DNA of 64,000 nucleotides from Isurus oxyrinchus (lineage: Eukaryota): NCBI GenBank assembly GCA_026770705.1, contig JANJGN010000102.1:186001-250000 (forward strand), in the 5' to 3' direction. The notes below the pieces were generated by a model, which searched no databases, had not been told where the DNA came from, and was given only the letters and a program-made list of their open reading frames with translations. The position numbers and the translations under genes were made by a program. Of the stretch, positions 25,801 through 36,300 are shown piece by piece. The stretch's first letter is position 1; each line of letters begins with the position of its first letter.

Positions 25801-28375
25801 GCCTCCTAATGGCTATCACCCGCAACTGCACCTTGACAGTGCACATAGCAAAAATATCTCTGCTCCTCGGAGCCATCCAGTGACAGTAGCCGCAGTTACG
25901 CCGTGATGGTTGACATAGGAAAAAAAGCTCTGCTCCACCCATGGCCGATGACAGGTCAGGTGAGTGGTCAAGAATGTGGCAGATGGAATACAACGTGGCA
26001 AAGCGTGAAGTTATCCACTTTGGTCAGAAAAATAAAAAGCAGAGTATTTTTTGAATGGTGGGAGACTGGGGAATTTCGGTACTCAGCGGGGTCTGGGTGT
26101 CTTTGTACATGAATCACAGAAAGTTAACATGCAGGTACAACAAGCAATTAGGAAGGCAAATGGTATGTTAGCCTTTATTGCAAAGGGATTGGAGTATAAG
26201 AGTAGGGAAGTCTTGCTGCAATTATACAGTGAGACCACCCTTGGAGTACTGTGCGCAGTTGTGGTCTCCTAATCTAAGGAAGGACATACTTGCCCTAGAG
26301 TGAGTGCAAGAAAGATTCGCTGGACTGATTCCTGGGATGCGGTGATTGTCCTATGAGGAGAGGTTGAGTGGAATGGATTGATATTCTCTGGAGAAGAATG
26401 TGAGATTGAAATGTTTAGGGTATCGGTTTTAGAGAGGGTTTGACAGGGTCGATGCTGAGAGGCTGTTTCGTTCCCCCGTCCCGGCTGGAGAGTCTAGAAC
26501 ACAGGGGGAGTCACAGTGTCAGGATAAAGGGGCGGCCATTTTGGACTGGGACGAGGAGGAATTTCTTCACTCCGAGAGGGCTGTAAATCCACAGAATTCC
26601 TCGATCCCAGAGGACGCTCAGTCGTCGAGTATGTCCGAGGCGGAGATCGAGCGGCAGGGGCGGGAAAGTGGAGTCGAGGTAGTAGGTCAGCCGCGATCGT
26701 ATTGGACGGCGGAGCAGGCTCGAGGGGCCGAATGGCCTCCTCCTGTCCCTGGGTCTTACAGTTGACAGCAAGACTGAATCAGCAAGTTTGACGTAGCCGT
26801 TTACAGTGGTAAAGGAAGACAATGCGGACCAAGGGTAGTGACCGAAGGTGGGGTCGGCGGACAGGAGTTGAGGCGGAGGGTTTTTGAAATGACACGCAGA
26901 AAAATGAGGTGGCTGAAAATGGGGGAAGACCCCTTGTCTGAAACTTACTTGAGTTTACGGCTCAGGACTTGACTCCAGCTTCCAGGAGCGGCACACAAAT
27001 CGACTGCCCTGCATACCCCTGGCGGGAGAAACATTTAATCTGTGCACTCGAAACTACAGCGTGAACTGTTTCTGTTAAAGAGTCAGAAGACCGAAGGAAA
27101 ACAAAATGTGTCGCTTCCTCCGCCCGCGCCCCTTGCTTTTCCAGCAGACAGCGCCGCATCCTGCCCCGCTGTGATTCTACGCGGGATCTTCCTTTTCCTG
27201 GCGGCCCTTCCCACCTCGAAAGCGCCCGCCTTGACCACCAGGTCCACTTGGGTGGGGTGGGGTGGGGGAAGGGGTTCACCCCCACCGAATGCCCTCCTGT
27301 CCCGTGCCAGCGTGGGCGTTTCCTCACGCAAAGCCACTCCAACACCGCCCCAACCCCTCCCATCTCCACTGGGGCGGTGAGCAGAAGGCTATTCGACTAC
27401 AACAGCCCAGACTTTGTGAACTGTCCCGAGTTCACAGGGACAACATCAAACTAAATTTGTGGCCGTTTTGGCACAGGAAGGGGGGGGTGGGGGCGTTCTG
27501 CCCTTTGAATCTGTGCTGGCTCTCTCAATCAAGCAATCTAGTCCCATTTCCCACCCTCCTCCCCGTCCCCCTCAGCTCTCTCCCCGTAGCCCTGCAAGTT
27601 TGGTTCCCTCAAGTGCTCGCCCGCTTTCTTTTTGAAACTGTCCACCGTCTCCGCCACCCTCGTGGGCAGCGAGTTCCAGGTCGTTACCTCTCGCTGTGTG
27701 TAAAAAAGAAAAAGTTCTCTCTCACATTCCCTCCACCACCTTACCCAAAACCTTACATCTGCGTTCCCCACTGGTCCTTGAGAACGGCTTTCCCTTGTCT
27801 ACCTTACCCAAACCTGTCCTAATCTTCCACGCCTCTATCAAATCTCCTTTGCTTCCCCCAGCTTCTCCAACCTAACCCTGGAGCCAAAGACGTCCTCCCC
27901 GCCCCCGTCTCTGGAAACCGTTCTGGTAAATCTCCCCCTGCACCCTCTCGCATCCTTCCTCAGGTGTGGAGACCAGAATTGGACGCTGTACTCTCTCACC
28001 AGAGCTTCACAAAAGTTTCATCCTAGCTTCTGAAGAGCAGTCACCTTCGTTGGACTCGAAACGTTAGCTGTTTCTCCCTCTCCACAGAGGCTGCTGAGTT
28101 TTTCTCCTGGCGCTTACTGTTTGTATTTCAGAATAACAACCACCGCACCCCCCCCAAGCTTTTGTACACAATATCTCGACATAAGAAGTTCAAGGCCCCA
28201 TGTGCTCTGGTGAGTGCGGAGTTTGCCTTGGTTTCTCTAATAGAGATGCGTTACCCTGAAAAAGGTTATACTCTTCGTCCAGCTGCAGCAACTTAAAGGC
28301 GCTCCTCGCTCTCCATCCCTCCTCTTTCGCCAGGCGATAGTAGATGTCGCGTTTATCCTTCGAGGAACGTCCCAT
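1574..28375 (-). CDS. FTSJ1: FTSJ1 / TRM7-family tRNA (C32/G34) 2'-O-methyltransferase, complete CDS of 1062 nt (353 aa): join(28375-28255, 27018-26949, 25379-25277, 24117-24039, 22157-22105, 21119-21066, 19513-19411, 18644-18561, 4744-4641, 1864-1574)
   Basis: All introns are GT-AG with compatible phases. The protein starts [33 protein letters not shown]. It has the SAM-binding [13 protein letters not shown] motif, [22 protein letters not shown], and the K-D-K-E tetrad (AFK, CDGAPD, FVAK, SSIEAF). Confidence 0.97.
2030..4145. repeat. GC-rich minisatellite, ~31-34 bp unit (gcgtggcgctgcgggagggtcagtgtggagggg), in the last FTSJ1 intron
   Basis: Direct tandem repeats visible in the sequence, with unit length varying in the G run. 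Confidence 0.95.
4641..4744 (-). CDS. FTSJ1: FTSJ1 coding exon 9 (104 nt)
   Basis: [35 protein letters not shown]; ctttccccag| ... |gtgggg. Confidence 0.97.
4780..18150 (-). mobile_element. L2-clade LINE 3' portion, split by a ~12.7 kb internal minisatellite
   Basis: The reverse strand at 17850-17945 encodes a degenerate VLADLHWLPV...FKxLIL.FKS.GL. The segment at 4900-5140 encodes the following RSS...AFS...WNSLP...SFKTxLKTxL. These are contiguous parts of the L2 ORF2 C-terminus. Confidence 0.85.
5140..17850. repeat. ~12.7 kb G-rich minisatellite, ~38 bp unit (ggaggaggttacagagatagggagggttgtaggggct), with higher-order duplications
   Basis: Continuous tandem array; rare unit variants recur at fixed offsets. 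Confidence 0.98.
18561..18644 (-). CDS. FTSJ1: FTSJ1 coding exon 8 (84 nt)
   Basis: [28 protein letters not shown]; ttttctcccgcag| ... |gtaagg. Confidence 0.97.
19411..19513 (-). CDS. FTSJ1: FTSJ1 coding exon 7 (103 nt)
   Basis: [34 protein letters not shown]; ccaacag| ... |gtaagt. Confidence 0.97.
20165..20625. repeat. CpG-rich ~30 bp tandem repeat (cagcgccgagggagcgccgcactgtcgga-like), SINE-derived
   Basis: Tandem units related to those at 40880-41035 (opposite strand) and to the single copy at 50716-50750. Confidence 0.8.
21066..21119 (-). CDS. FTSJ1: FTSJ1 coding exon 6 (54 nt)
   Basis: [18 protein letters not shown]; ctcgcag| ... |gtacgc. Confidence 0.97.
21370..21830 (+). mobile_element. 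CR1-type LINE 3' fragment
   Basis: [25 protein letters not shown]...WNSLPQE.VE, and a CR1-like 3' UTR. Confidence 0.8.
22105..22157 (-). CDS. FTSJ1: FTSJ1 coding exon 5 (53 nt)
   Basis: [18 protein letters not shown]; ttccag| ... |gtaagt. Confidence 0.97.
22229..23870. repeat. 69-bp tandem repeat (~24 copies)
   Basis: Unit accgtccccatcaaacactcccaggacaggtacagcacggggttagatacagagtaaagctccctctac; gives a 23-aa periodicity in the ORF track. Confidence 0.97.
24039..24117 (-). CDS. FTSJ1: FTSJ1 coding exon 4 (79 nt)
   Basis: [26 protein letters not shown]; cttgtag| ... |gtacga. Confidence 0.97.
24230..24985 (-). mobile_element. CR1-type LINE 3' fragment
   Basis: [16 protein letters not shown]...[22 protein letters not shown] and [12 protein letters not shown]. 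Confidence 0.85.
25277..25379 (-). CDS. FTSJ1: FTSJ1 coding exon 3 (103 nt)
   Basis: [34 protein letters not shown]; cccccag| ... |gtaacc. Confidence 0.97.
25540..25925. repeat. 71-bp tandem repeat (~5.5 copies, decaying toward the 3' end)
   Basis: The core gacggtttacatagc recurs at 25551, 25622, 25693, 25764, 25835 and 25906. Confidence 0.9.
25955..26750 (+). mobile_element. CR1-type LINE fragment
   Basis: [32 protein letters not shown], followed by a CR1 3' end. Confidence 0.85.
26949..27018 (-). CDS. FTSJ1: FTSJ1 coding exon 2 (70 nt)
   Basis: [23 protein letters not shown]; ctcccgccag| ... |gtaagt. Confidence 0.97.
28255..28375 (-). CDS. FTSJ1: FTSJ1 coding exon 1 (121 nt; acceptor 13 nt upstream of the ATG, exon starts at 28388)
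   Basis: [40 protein letters not shown](G); donor G|gtaacg; upstream acceptor ccctttcag. Confidence 0.97.
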
Positions 28376-28688
28376 CTTTACTCAGGAACTGAAAGGGACA
28401 GGTCACGGCATTAGCACGATGACGACAGGTTTTGCATCACAGGCCCACCGCAGCCCTGTCTGCCGCTTTCTAGCCCAATCATCGAACCACTCTAACGCCT
28501 TCCGCAGCCCCTTATAGGATCATAGACAATGTGCAGCACAGGAGGAGGCTACTCGGCCCATCTTGTCTGTGCCAGCTGGAAAAGAACCGTCCAGCTGAAT
28601 CGCACCCTTAGTTCCCTCGAGTGCAATTTTTAGATGCAATGGGGGTTCCTGCCTCCACCACCCTGTCAGACGGAGAGTTCTGGACCCT

Positions 28689-28931
28689 GCCAGTGCCCAT
28701 ATCACCACCCAGTGCCCATAACCCCATCCAATGCCCACCATCCCCATCCAGTGCTCATATCCCCATTCAATGCCCACCATCCCCATCCAGTGCCCAAAGC
28801 CCCATCCACTGCCCGCCATCCCCATCCGGTGCTCATAACCCCATCCAATGCCCATCATCCCCCATCCAGTGCCAATCTCCCATCCAATGTCCATCCCCAG
28901 CCTGTGCCCACCATCCCCATCCAGTGCCCAT
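28689..28931. repeat. ~18-19 bp tandem repeat (ccagtgcccaccatccccat), reverse complement of the 31095-32675 array, inside a CR1 fragment
   Basis: Tandem units visible; flanked by CR1 minus-strand sequence on both sides. Confidence 0.85.
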
Positions 28932-29224
28932 CAAAAATAACTTCATTCCCCCTGTCCCCACCCCTCCCCAATCCCCAATCCTTCTATTATTTACTTTAAA
29001 TCTATGCGCGCTGCTGATTTTTCTGCTAAGAGGAAATAGATCCTTCCAATCCACGCTTTCCAAGGCCCCTTAGAATTTTATAAACCTCGACTAAATCACC
29101 CCTCAGCCTCCTCTGTGCCAAGGAAAACAACTCTAGCCTACCTAATTTTTCCTCTTCAATAAACCTCCCCATTCCTCCCAATATCCTCAAAAAATCTCTG
29201 CACCAGAGACTGGGGAGGTTACCA

Positions 29225-29990
29225 TTGAACAGAAACTGAACTGGGCCCAGCCATATAAATACTGTGGCTACAAGAGCAGGTCAGAGGCTGGGAATCCTGC
29301 GGAGAGTAACTCACCTCCCGACTCCACCATCTACAAGGCACAAGTCAGGAGTGTGATGGGATACTCCCCACTTGCCTGGATGAGTGCGGCTCCCACAACA
29401 CTCAAGAAGCTCGACACCGTCCAGGACAAAGCAGCCCCAGCTTGATCGGCACCCCATCCACAAACATTCACTCCCTCCACCACCGACGCACAGGGGCAGC
29501 AGTGTGTGTGTACCATCGACAAGATGCACTGCAGCAACTCGCCAAGGCTCCTTCGACAGCGCCGCCCAAACCCACGACCTCTCCCATCTATAAGGACAAG
29601 GGCAGCAGACACATGGGGAACACCACCACCTGGAAGTTCCCCTCCGAGCCCCACACACACCATCCCGACTTGGAAATATATCAGCCGTTCCTTCACTGTC
29701 GCTGGGTCAAAATCCTGGAACCCCTCTTCCTAACAGCGCGGTGGGTGTACCTACACCACACGGACACAATCCTGGAACTCCCTCCCTAACAGCACGGTGG
29801 GTGTACCTACACCACACGGACACAATCCTGGAACTCCCTCCCTAACAGCGCGGTGGGTGTACCTACCCTACACCACACGGGGACTGCAGCGGCTCAAGAA
29901 GGCAGTTCACCACCACCTTCTCAAGGGGCAATTAGGGATAGGCAATAAACGCTGGCCCAGCCAGCGACGCCCACATCCCATGAAAGAATA
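29225..29990 (+). mobile_element. LINE 3' end (RT C-terminal region) sharing its tail with the local SINE family
   Basis: Degenerate QRLGILRRV...TIYKAQVRSVMxYSPLAW...LDTVQDKA...SLHHRRT, ending in gggcaattagggataggcaataaacgctggcc...catcccatgaa. Confidence 0.75.
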
Positions 29991-30589
29991 ATGTAACAGC
30001 AACCACGAAACTATCATCGATTGTTGTTAAAAACCCATCTGGTTCACTAATGCCCTTCAGGGAAGGAAATCTGCTGTCCTTACCCGGTCTGGCCTACATG
30101 TGACCCCAGATACCCGGCAATGGGAGCGGGGTGACCCTTACCTACCCTCTAAAGTGGCCCCAGCAAGCTACTCAGTTCAAGGGGCAATTAGGGATGGGCA
30201 ACAAATGCCGGGCTGGCCAGCGGTGCCCACATCCCATGAAAGGTTAATCTAAAAAAGCCCCTCCCTTGTGCGGTCACACCCTTCGAAGCCAGAGAAGCGC
30301 AGTACGTTAGCTGCAGGTCCAACGAGTGTTTTATACGGTTTGTAGCGCAACCTCCCCCTTGCTCCTTCCATCCTGCGCCTTGACCCATGAAGGAAACCGC
30401 CAATGGGCATGTGCCCCCTGACCACCTTCATGTACCTCCCTGCTTCCTTCTTCCTCACCCAGCTTTTACAAATAAAAATAAAAATCATTGCCCCTGAAGC
30501 CTTAACCCCATCTCCCCCAGCCCAGGTGCTGCCTGAGCTGCTGAGTGCTCCCTGCATGAAACTATCCTGAATTGAGTGAAAAAAGCATG

Positions 30590-31090
30590 CTCCTCTACCT
30601 AGACCAGTCAGCCATTTTGATCCAATGCCCCTCAGCCTCCCTGTCCGCCCGCCCCCTTTCTCTGTTGCCCAATCAGCGGCGCCCCGCCCCGCAAGGAGGC
30701 CCCCGGTTTTGCCAGGCGTCTGATGCGCGCCTGAGTGAAATTGCGACCTGAGCCCTCTAAATGTCCGGGAGAGGGACTTTTTTGAAAATCACCTTGAAGA
30801 TGATTTTAATTTTTTTTTAAAAAAGCCGTCTTAAAAATCCAGCAATTTTTTTTGTTGGTTTTTGGCTTCTTAAGGTTTGCTTTGCTTTTGCTGCCCTGTG
30901 CGTGGGGATGGGGGCTGGGGGTTGCAGTACCACCTCTGTCCAGCGGGAGAGGCAGGGAGCGCTATAGAGCACAGGCGCGCGACGCCCGCGGCGGTTGGTG
31001 CCTCCTCGCCACCAGCTCGCGCTCAGTTCAAACGGCCGGCGGCGCGAGGGCGACCGTTAGGCTCCTACAATCAAAATGGTGGCGGGAGGA
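30590..31090 (-). promoter_or_regulatory. CpG-rich probable FTSJ1 promoter / non-coding first exon region
   Basis: Dense CpG; CCAAT at 30669; GC box ccccgcccc at 30682; YY1-type CAAAATGGC on the minus strand at 30611-30619. Two candidate minus-strand donors (AG|gtagag at 30599, AAG|gtgatt at 30793). The first coding exon has an upstream acceptor, so a non-coding exon 1 is expected. Confidence 0.65.
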
Positions 31091-31094
31091 GCGG

Positions 31095-32675
31095 AGGATG
31101 GACACGGGATGGGATGGTGGACACTGGGGTGGGGACGTGGGCACTGGGTGAGGCTGGGCACTGGATGGGATGGTGGGCACTGGGTGAAGGTGGGCACTGG
31201 ATGGAATGATGGGCACTGGGTGAGGGTGGGCACTGGATGGGATGATGGGCACTGGGTGAGGGTGGGCACTTGGTGAAGGTGGGCACTGGATGGGATGGTG
31301 GGCACTGGATGGGATGGTGGGCACTGGGTGAGGCTGGGCACTGGATGGGATGGTGGGCATTGGGTGAGGGTGGGCACTGGATGGGATGATGGGCACTGGG
31401 TGAGGGTGGGCACTGGATGGGATGATGGGCACTGGATGGGATGGTGGGCACTGGATGGGATGGTGGGCACTTGGTGAAGGTGGGCACTGGATGGGATGGT
31501 GGGCATTGGGTGAGGGTGGGCACTGGATGGGATGGTGGGCACTGGGTGAGGCTGGGCACTGGATGGGATGGTGGGCATTGGGTGAGGGTGGGCACTGGAT
31601 GGGATGATGGGCACTGGGTGAGGGTGGGCACTGGATGGGATGATGGGCACTGGATGGGATGGTGGGCACTGGATGGGATGGTGGGCACTGGGTGAAGGTG
31701 GGCACTGGATGGGATGCTGGGCACTGGGTGAGGGTGGGCACTGGATGGGATGGTGGGCACTGGGTGAAGGTGGGCACTGGATGGGATGGTGGGCACTGGG
31801 TGAGGGTGGGCACTGGATGGGATGATGGGCACTGGATGGGATGGTGCGCACTGGGTGAAGGTGGGCACTGGATGGGATGGTGGGCACTGGGTGAGGGTGG
31901 GCACTGGATGGGATTATGGGCACTGGATGGGATGATGGGCACTGGATGGGATGATGGGCACTGGGTGAGGGTGGGCACTGGATGCGATGGTGGGCACTGG
32001 GTGAGGGTGGGCACTGGATGGGATGGTGGGCACTGGATGGGATGATGGGCACTGGGTGAGGGTGGGCACTGGATGGGATGATGGGCACTGGATGGGATGA
32101 TGGGCACTGGGTGAGGGTGGGCACTGGATGGGATGATGGGCACTGGATGGGATGGTGGGCACTGGATGGAATGGTGGGCACTGGGTGAGGGTGGGCACTG
32201 GATGGGTTGGTGGGCACTGGGTGAAGGTGGGCACTGGATGGGATGATGGGCACTGGGTGAGGGTGGGCACTGGATGGGATGGTGGGCACTGGGTGAGTGT
32301 GGGCACTGGATGGGATGGTGGGCACTGGATGGGATGGTGGGCACTGGGTGAAGGTGGGCACTGGATGGGATGGTGGGCACTGGGTGAGGGTGGGCACTGG
32401 ATGGGATGGTGGGCACTGGATGGGATGGTGGGCACTGGGTGAGGGTGGGCACTGGATGGGATGATGGGCACTGGGTGAGGGTGGGCACTGGATGGGATGA
32501 TGGGCACTGGGTGAGGGTGGGCACTGGATGGGATGATGGGCACTGGGTGAGGGTGGGCACTGGATGGGATGATGGGCTCTGGATGAGGGTGGGCACTGGA
32601 TGAGGGGCACTGGATGGGATGATGGGCATTGGGGGGTTGATGGGCACTGGATGCAGATGCACACTGGATGGGGAT
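31095..32675. repeat. 18-bp G-rich minisatellite (gggcactggatgggatggt / gggcactgggtgagggt alternating)
   Basis: Continuous tandem array of two interspersed unit types. Confidence 0.95.
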
Positions 32676-34179
32676 TTGAAGGAACAATCTCTTTTTTAAA
32701 ATATAAAAATGACCAAAATGAAGAAGGATTTTTCGAAGGCTTGCCCTAATTCTTTGCGGCAATTGGCATGGCCCTTTGGCATCTCCTGGGCCAAGCCTGA
32801 CCTTCCTTGCCAACTTCACCCTCTCCCCCTCGAAAACATTAAACCTCTCCAAGACTCCGACCGAGGCCAGTTTCTAGTAATTTGGTTTTCTCGGTGATGG
32901 TGACCATGACAACTATTCATCAGTTGTTTCCTTTTGGGAAGGATATCTGCCATTCTTACCCAGTCTTGCTTGCATATGACTCCAGACCTACATCAGTGTG
33001 TCCATGAAGAATGGGTGCCCTGATGTGAGGATCAGATGGGATCCCGACAAGAGCCCTGGCCTCCCTGTGGTTGCCTCCACCTCCTGTCACTTCTTCCTCT
33101 GAACCCACCCCAACCGGTGTTTGAGAAGAATGAGGTTTGTAGAAAGAATGAGAAAATGAATATAAACTAAATGAAGGTGGCAGTACAGGTCGAAAAAGCT
33201 ATTTTAAAAAGCGGGATTTATCAATGGAGATGCAGAATACATAAGTGAGGAAGTTCTGCTAAAACATTGGTTGGGCCCCAGCTGGAGTATTGAGTCCAAT
33301 TCCAAGCCCCGCACTTTAGAAAGGATGTCTTGGAGAGGTTGCTTGAGGGGAGATTTACCAGAATGGTTCCAGGATAATGTGGAGAGGCTGGAGAATCTGG
33401 GATTGTTCTCCTTAGAGAAGGTTAAGGGGGAGATTTACTCAAAGCGTTCAAAATCACGAGGAGTTCTGGTAGAGTAAATAAGGAGAAACTTTCGAATGGC
33501 AGGAGGGTGGGTAACCGGAGGGGATAAAGGTTGAAGAGAATTGGTAAAAGAATCAGAAGGAGAGATGAGGAGAATTTTTTACTTTACACAGCAAGTTGTT
33601 GTGATCTGGAAGGCACTGCCTGAAAGGGCAGTGGAAGCAGATTCAATGGAAATGCTCAAAAGGGGGAATTGGATAAATACTTAAAGGGGAAAAAATTGCA
33701 GGGCTGTGGTGGGGGGAGGGGAGAGCTTGTGGGTGGATGGGGGTGGAGATGTGCAGATCTTGTCTACAAAACCCTGCCTTCCTCAAATGTTGATGTCTTC
33801 CTATTTGATGTTGCTGATGTCCGTGTTTACACTGGGAACTGCCAATGTAAACATGTCACACTGTAATGACACCTCCCTGCCAGTGGCAGTGCTAGAGAGC
33901 CTCACATCACAGTACAAGAGAAACGCCCGTGCTCCAACCAGCTTCTACTTCTGCACTTCACGATAACTGTAAGTTTTGCGATTTTAATCGTTCAACTAAT
34001 ATTGTCAACAATTTTTGTGTTTAACCATTTATAGAATGATGGAATGAGTTTGGCAAAAGAATTGATTTATCTCTGTGAGCCCTGGTTCAATTATCTCTTG
34101 GCACATAATCCCACGTCTACTGAATATTTGCTTTACACTTCCATCAATGACCTTCACACATGTTCAGCCAACAAGAACA

Positions 34180-35850
34180 AATTGCATTAAAGTAACACCT
34201 TGAACATAACAAAGCATCTCAAGATGTTTCACAGGAATCTTCTCAATTTGGACACCCAGCCGAGTAAGAAGAAATTGAAACAGATGAGGTATGTTTCAGG
34301 GAGTATCTTAAAGGAGGAGAGAGCAAGAGGTGGAGAGGTTTACGGAGGGAATTCTAGAGCTTAGGGCCCCAGGCAGCTGAAGGCACGGCTGCCAATGGTG
34401 GAGCATTGGGAATCGGGGGATGCTCCAGAGGCTGGAATTGGAGGAGCGCAGAGATCTCGGAGGTTTGTAGGAGGTTACAGAGATAGGGTTGTAGGGGCTG
34501 GAGGAGGTTACAGAGATAGGGCTGTAGGGGCTGGAGGAGGTTACAGAGATAGGGTTGGGACTGTATGAGGCTGCAGAGATAGGGAGGATTGTAGGGTTTG
34601 GATGAGGTTACAGAGGTAGGCAGGGTTGTAGGTGCTGGAGGAGGTTACAGAAATAGGGAGGGGTGTAGGGGCTGGAGGAGATTACAGAGGTAGGGAGGGT
34701 TGTAGGGTTTGGATGAGGTTACAGAGGTAGGCAGCGTTGTAGGTGCTGGAGGAAGTTACAGAGATAGGGAGGGGTTTAGGAGCTGGAGGAGATTACAGAG
34801 GTAGGGAGGGTTGGGGCTGGAGGAGGCTACAGAGATAGGGAGGGTTGTAGGGGCTGGAGGAGGTTACAGAGATAGGGAGGGGTGTAGGGGCTGGAGGAGA
34901 TTACAGAGATAGGGAGGGGTGTAGCGGCTGGAGGAGGTTACAGAGATAGAGAGGGTTGTAGGGGCTGGTGGAGGTTACAGAGATAGGGAGGGTGTAGGGG
35001 CTGGAGGAGGTTACAGAGATAGAGAGGGTTGGGGCTGAAGGAGGCTACAGAGATAGGGAGGGTTGTAGGGTTTGGAGGAGGTTACAGGTAGGCAGGGTTG
35101 TAGGTGCTGGAGGAGGTTACAGAGATAGGGAGGGTTGAAGGGGCTGGTGGAGGTTACAGAGATGGGGTTGTAGGGGGTGGAGGAGGTTACAGAGATAGGG
35201 AGGGGAGTAGGGGCTGGAGGAGATTACAGAGATAGGGAGGGGAGTAGGGGCTGGAGGAGATTACAGAGATAGGGAGGGGAGTAGGGGCTGGAGGAGGTTA
35301 CAGAGATAGGGAGGGTTGTAGGGCTGGAGGAGGTTACAGAGATAGGGAGGGTTGTAGGGGCTGGAGGAGGTTACAGAGATAGAGAGGGTTGTAGGAGCTG
35401 GAGGAGGTTACAGAGATAGGGAGGGGTGTAGGGGCTGGCGGAGGTTACAGAGATAGGGAGGGGTGTAGGGGCTGGAGGAGGTTACAGAGATAGGGGAGGG
35501 GTGTAGGGGGCTGGAGGAGGTTACAGAGATAGGGAGGGTTGTAGGGGCTGGAGGAGGTTACAGAGATAGGGAGGGTTGTAGGAGCTGGAGGAGGTTACAG
35601 AGATAGAGAGGGAGAGTCAGGAGGGATTTGAAAACGAGAATGAGAATTAAAAATTGAGGTGTTGCTTAACCAGGAGCCAGTGTGGGTCAGCGAGAACAGC
35701 AAGGGGGATGATGGGTGAACGGAACTTGGTGTGAGTTGGGACATGGAGGCAGCAGAGTTTTGGAGGAGCTGAAGTTTATGGGGGTGGGAGGATGGTCAGG
35801 ACAGTGTTGGAATAGTCACGTCAAGAGGTAAAAGAGGCACAGAAGAGGGA
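34180..35850 (-). mobile_element. L2 LINE 3' portion with a ~1.15 kb internal 38-bp minisatellite (34465-35610)
   Basis: Same flanks and repeat unit as the element at 4780-18150. Confidence 0.85.
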
Positions 35851-35864
35851 TTTTTTAGGATGAT

Positions 35865-36300
35865 GGTGGCATCATGGTCATGTCACTGGACTAATAATCC
35901 AGAGGCCCAGGCTAAATGGGTTCAAATCCTACCACAACAGCTGGTGAAATTTAAATTCAGTTAATTAGTTTAATTACTTAATTAGTTAGTTTCATTAATG
36001 GGGACTATGATCTATCATCAATTGTAAAAAATCCAGGGGGAGGCAGTAGCTAATGCTCTGGGGACCTAGGGTTCAGTTTGCACCACAGCAGATGGTGAAA
36101 TTTGAATCTAATAAAAACCTGGTTCACTAATACCCTTTAGGGAAGTAAATCTGCCATCCTTACCCGGTCTAGCCTACATGTGACTCCAGACCCACAGCAA
36201 CGTGGTTGACTCTTAACTGCCCCTCTGCAGACAATTAGGGATGGGCAACAAATGCTGGCCTTGCCAGAGATGCCCACATCCCTTGAAAGAATAAAACAAT
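35865..36300 (+). mobile_element. tRNA-derived SINE(s), apparently nested
   Basis: B-box-like gggttcaaatcc; family body catgtgactccagacccacagcaa and tail gggatgggcaacaaatgctggcc. Other copies lie near 19770-20160, 30000-30250, 41720-42115, 55730-56070 and 63090-63365. Confidence 0.75.

Noticed and set aside
27395-27415. ZNF143-like motif gactacaacagcccaga in CpG-rich intronic sequence
   Set aside because: Spacing deviates from the ACTACAnnTCCCA consensus and no associated RNA gene is recognisable.
31072-31100. Possible divergent + strand gene starting at caaaATGgtggcg
   Set aside because: Runs directly into the minisatellite with no donor or recognisable downstream exons.
31028-32852. Long His/Pro-rich and Gly/Trp-rich ORFs
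   Set aside because: Translations of the 18-bp minisatellite.
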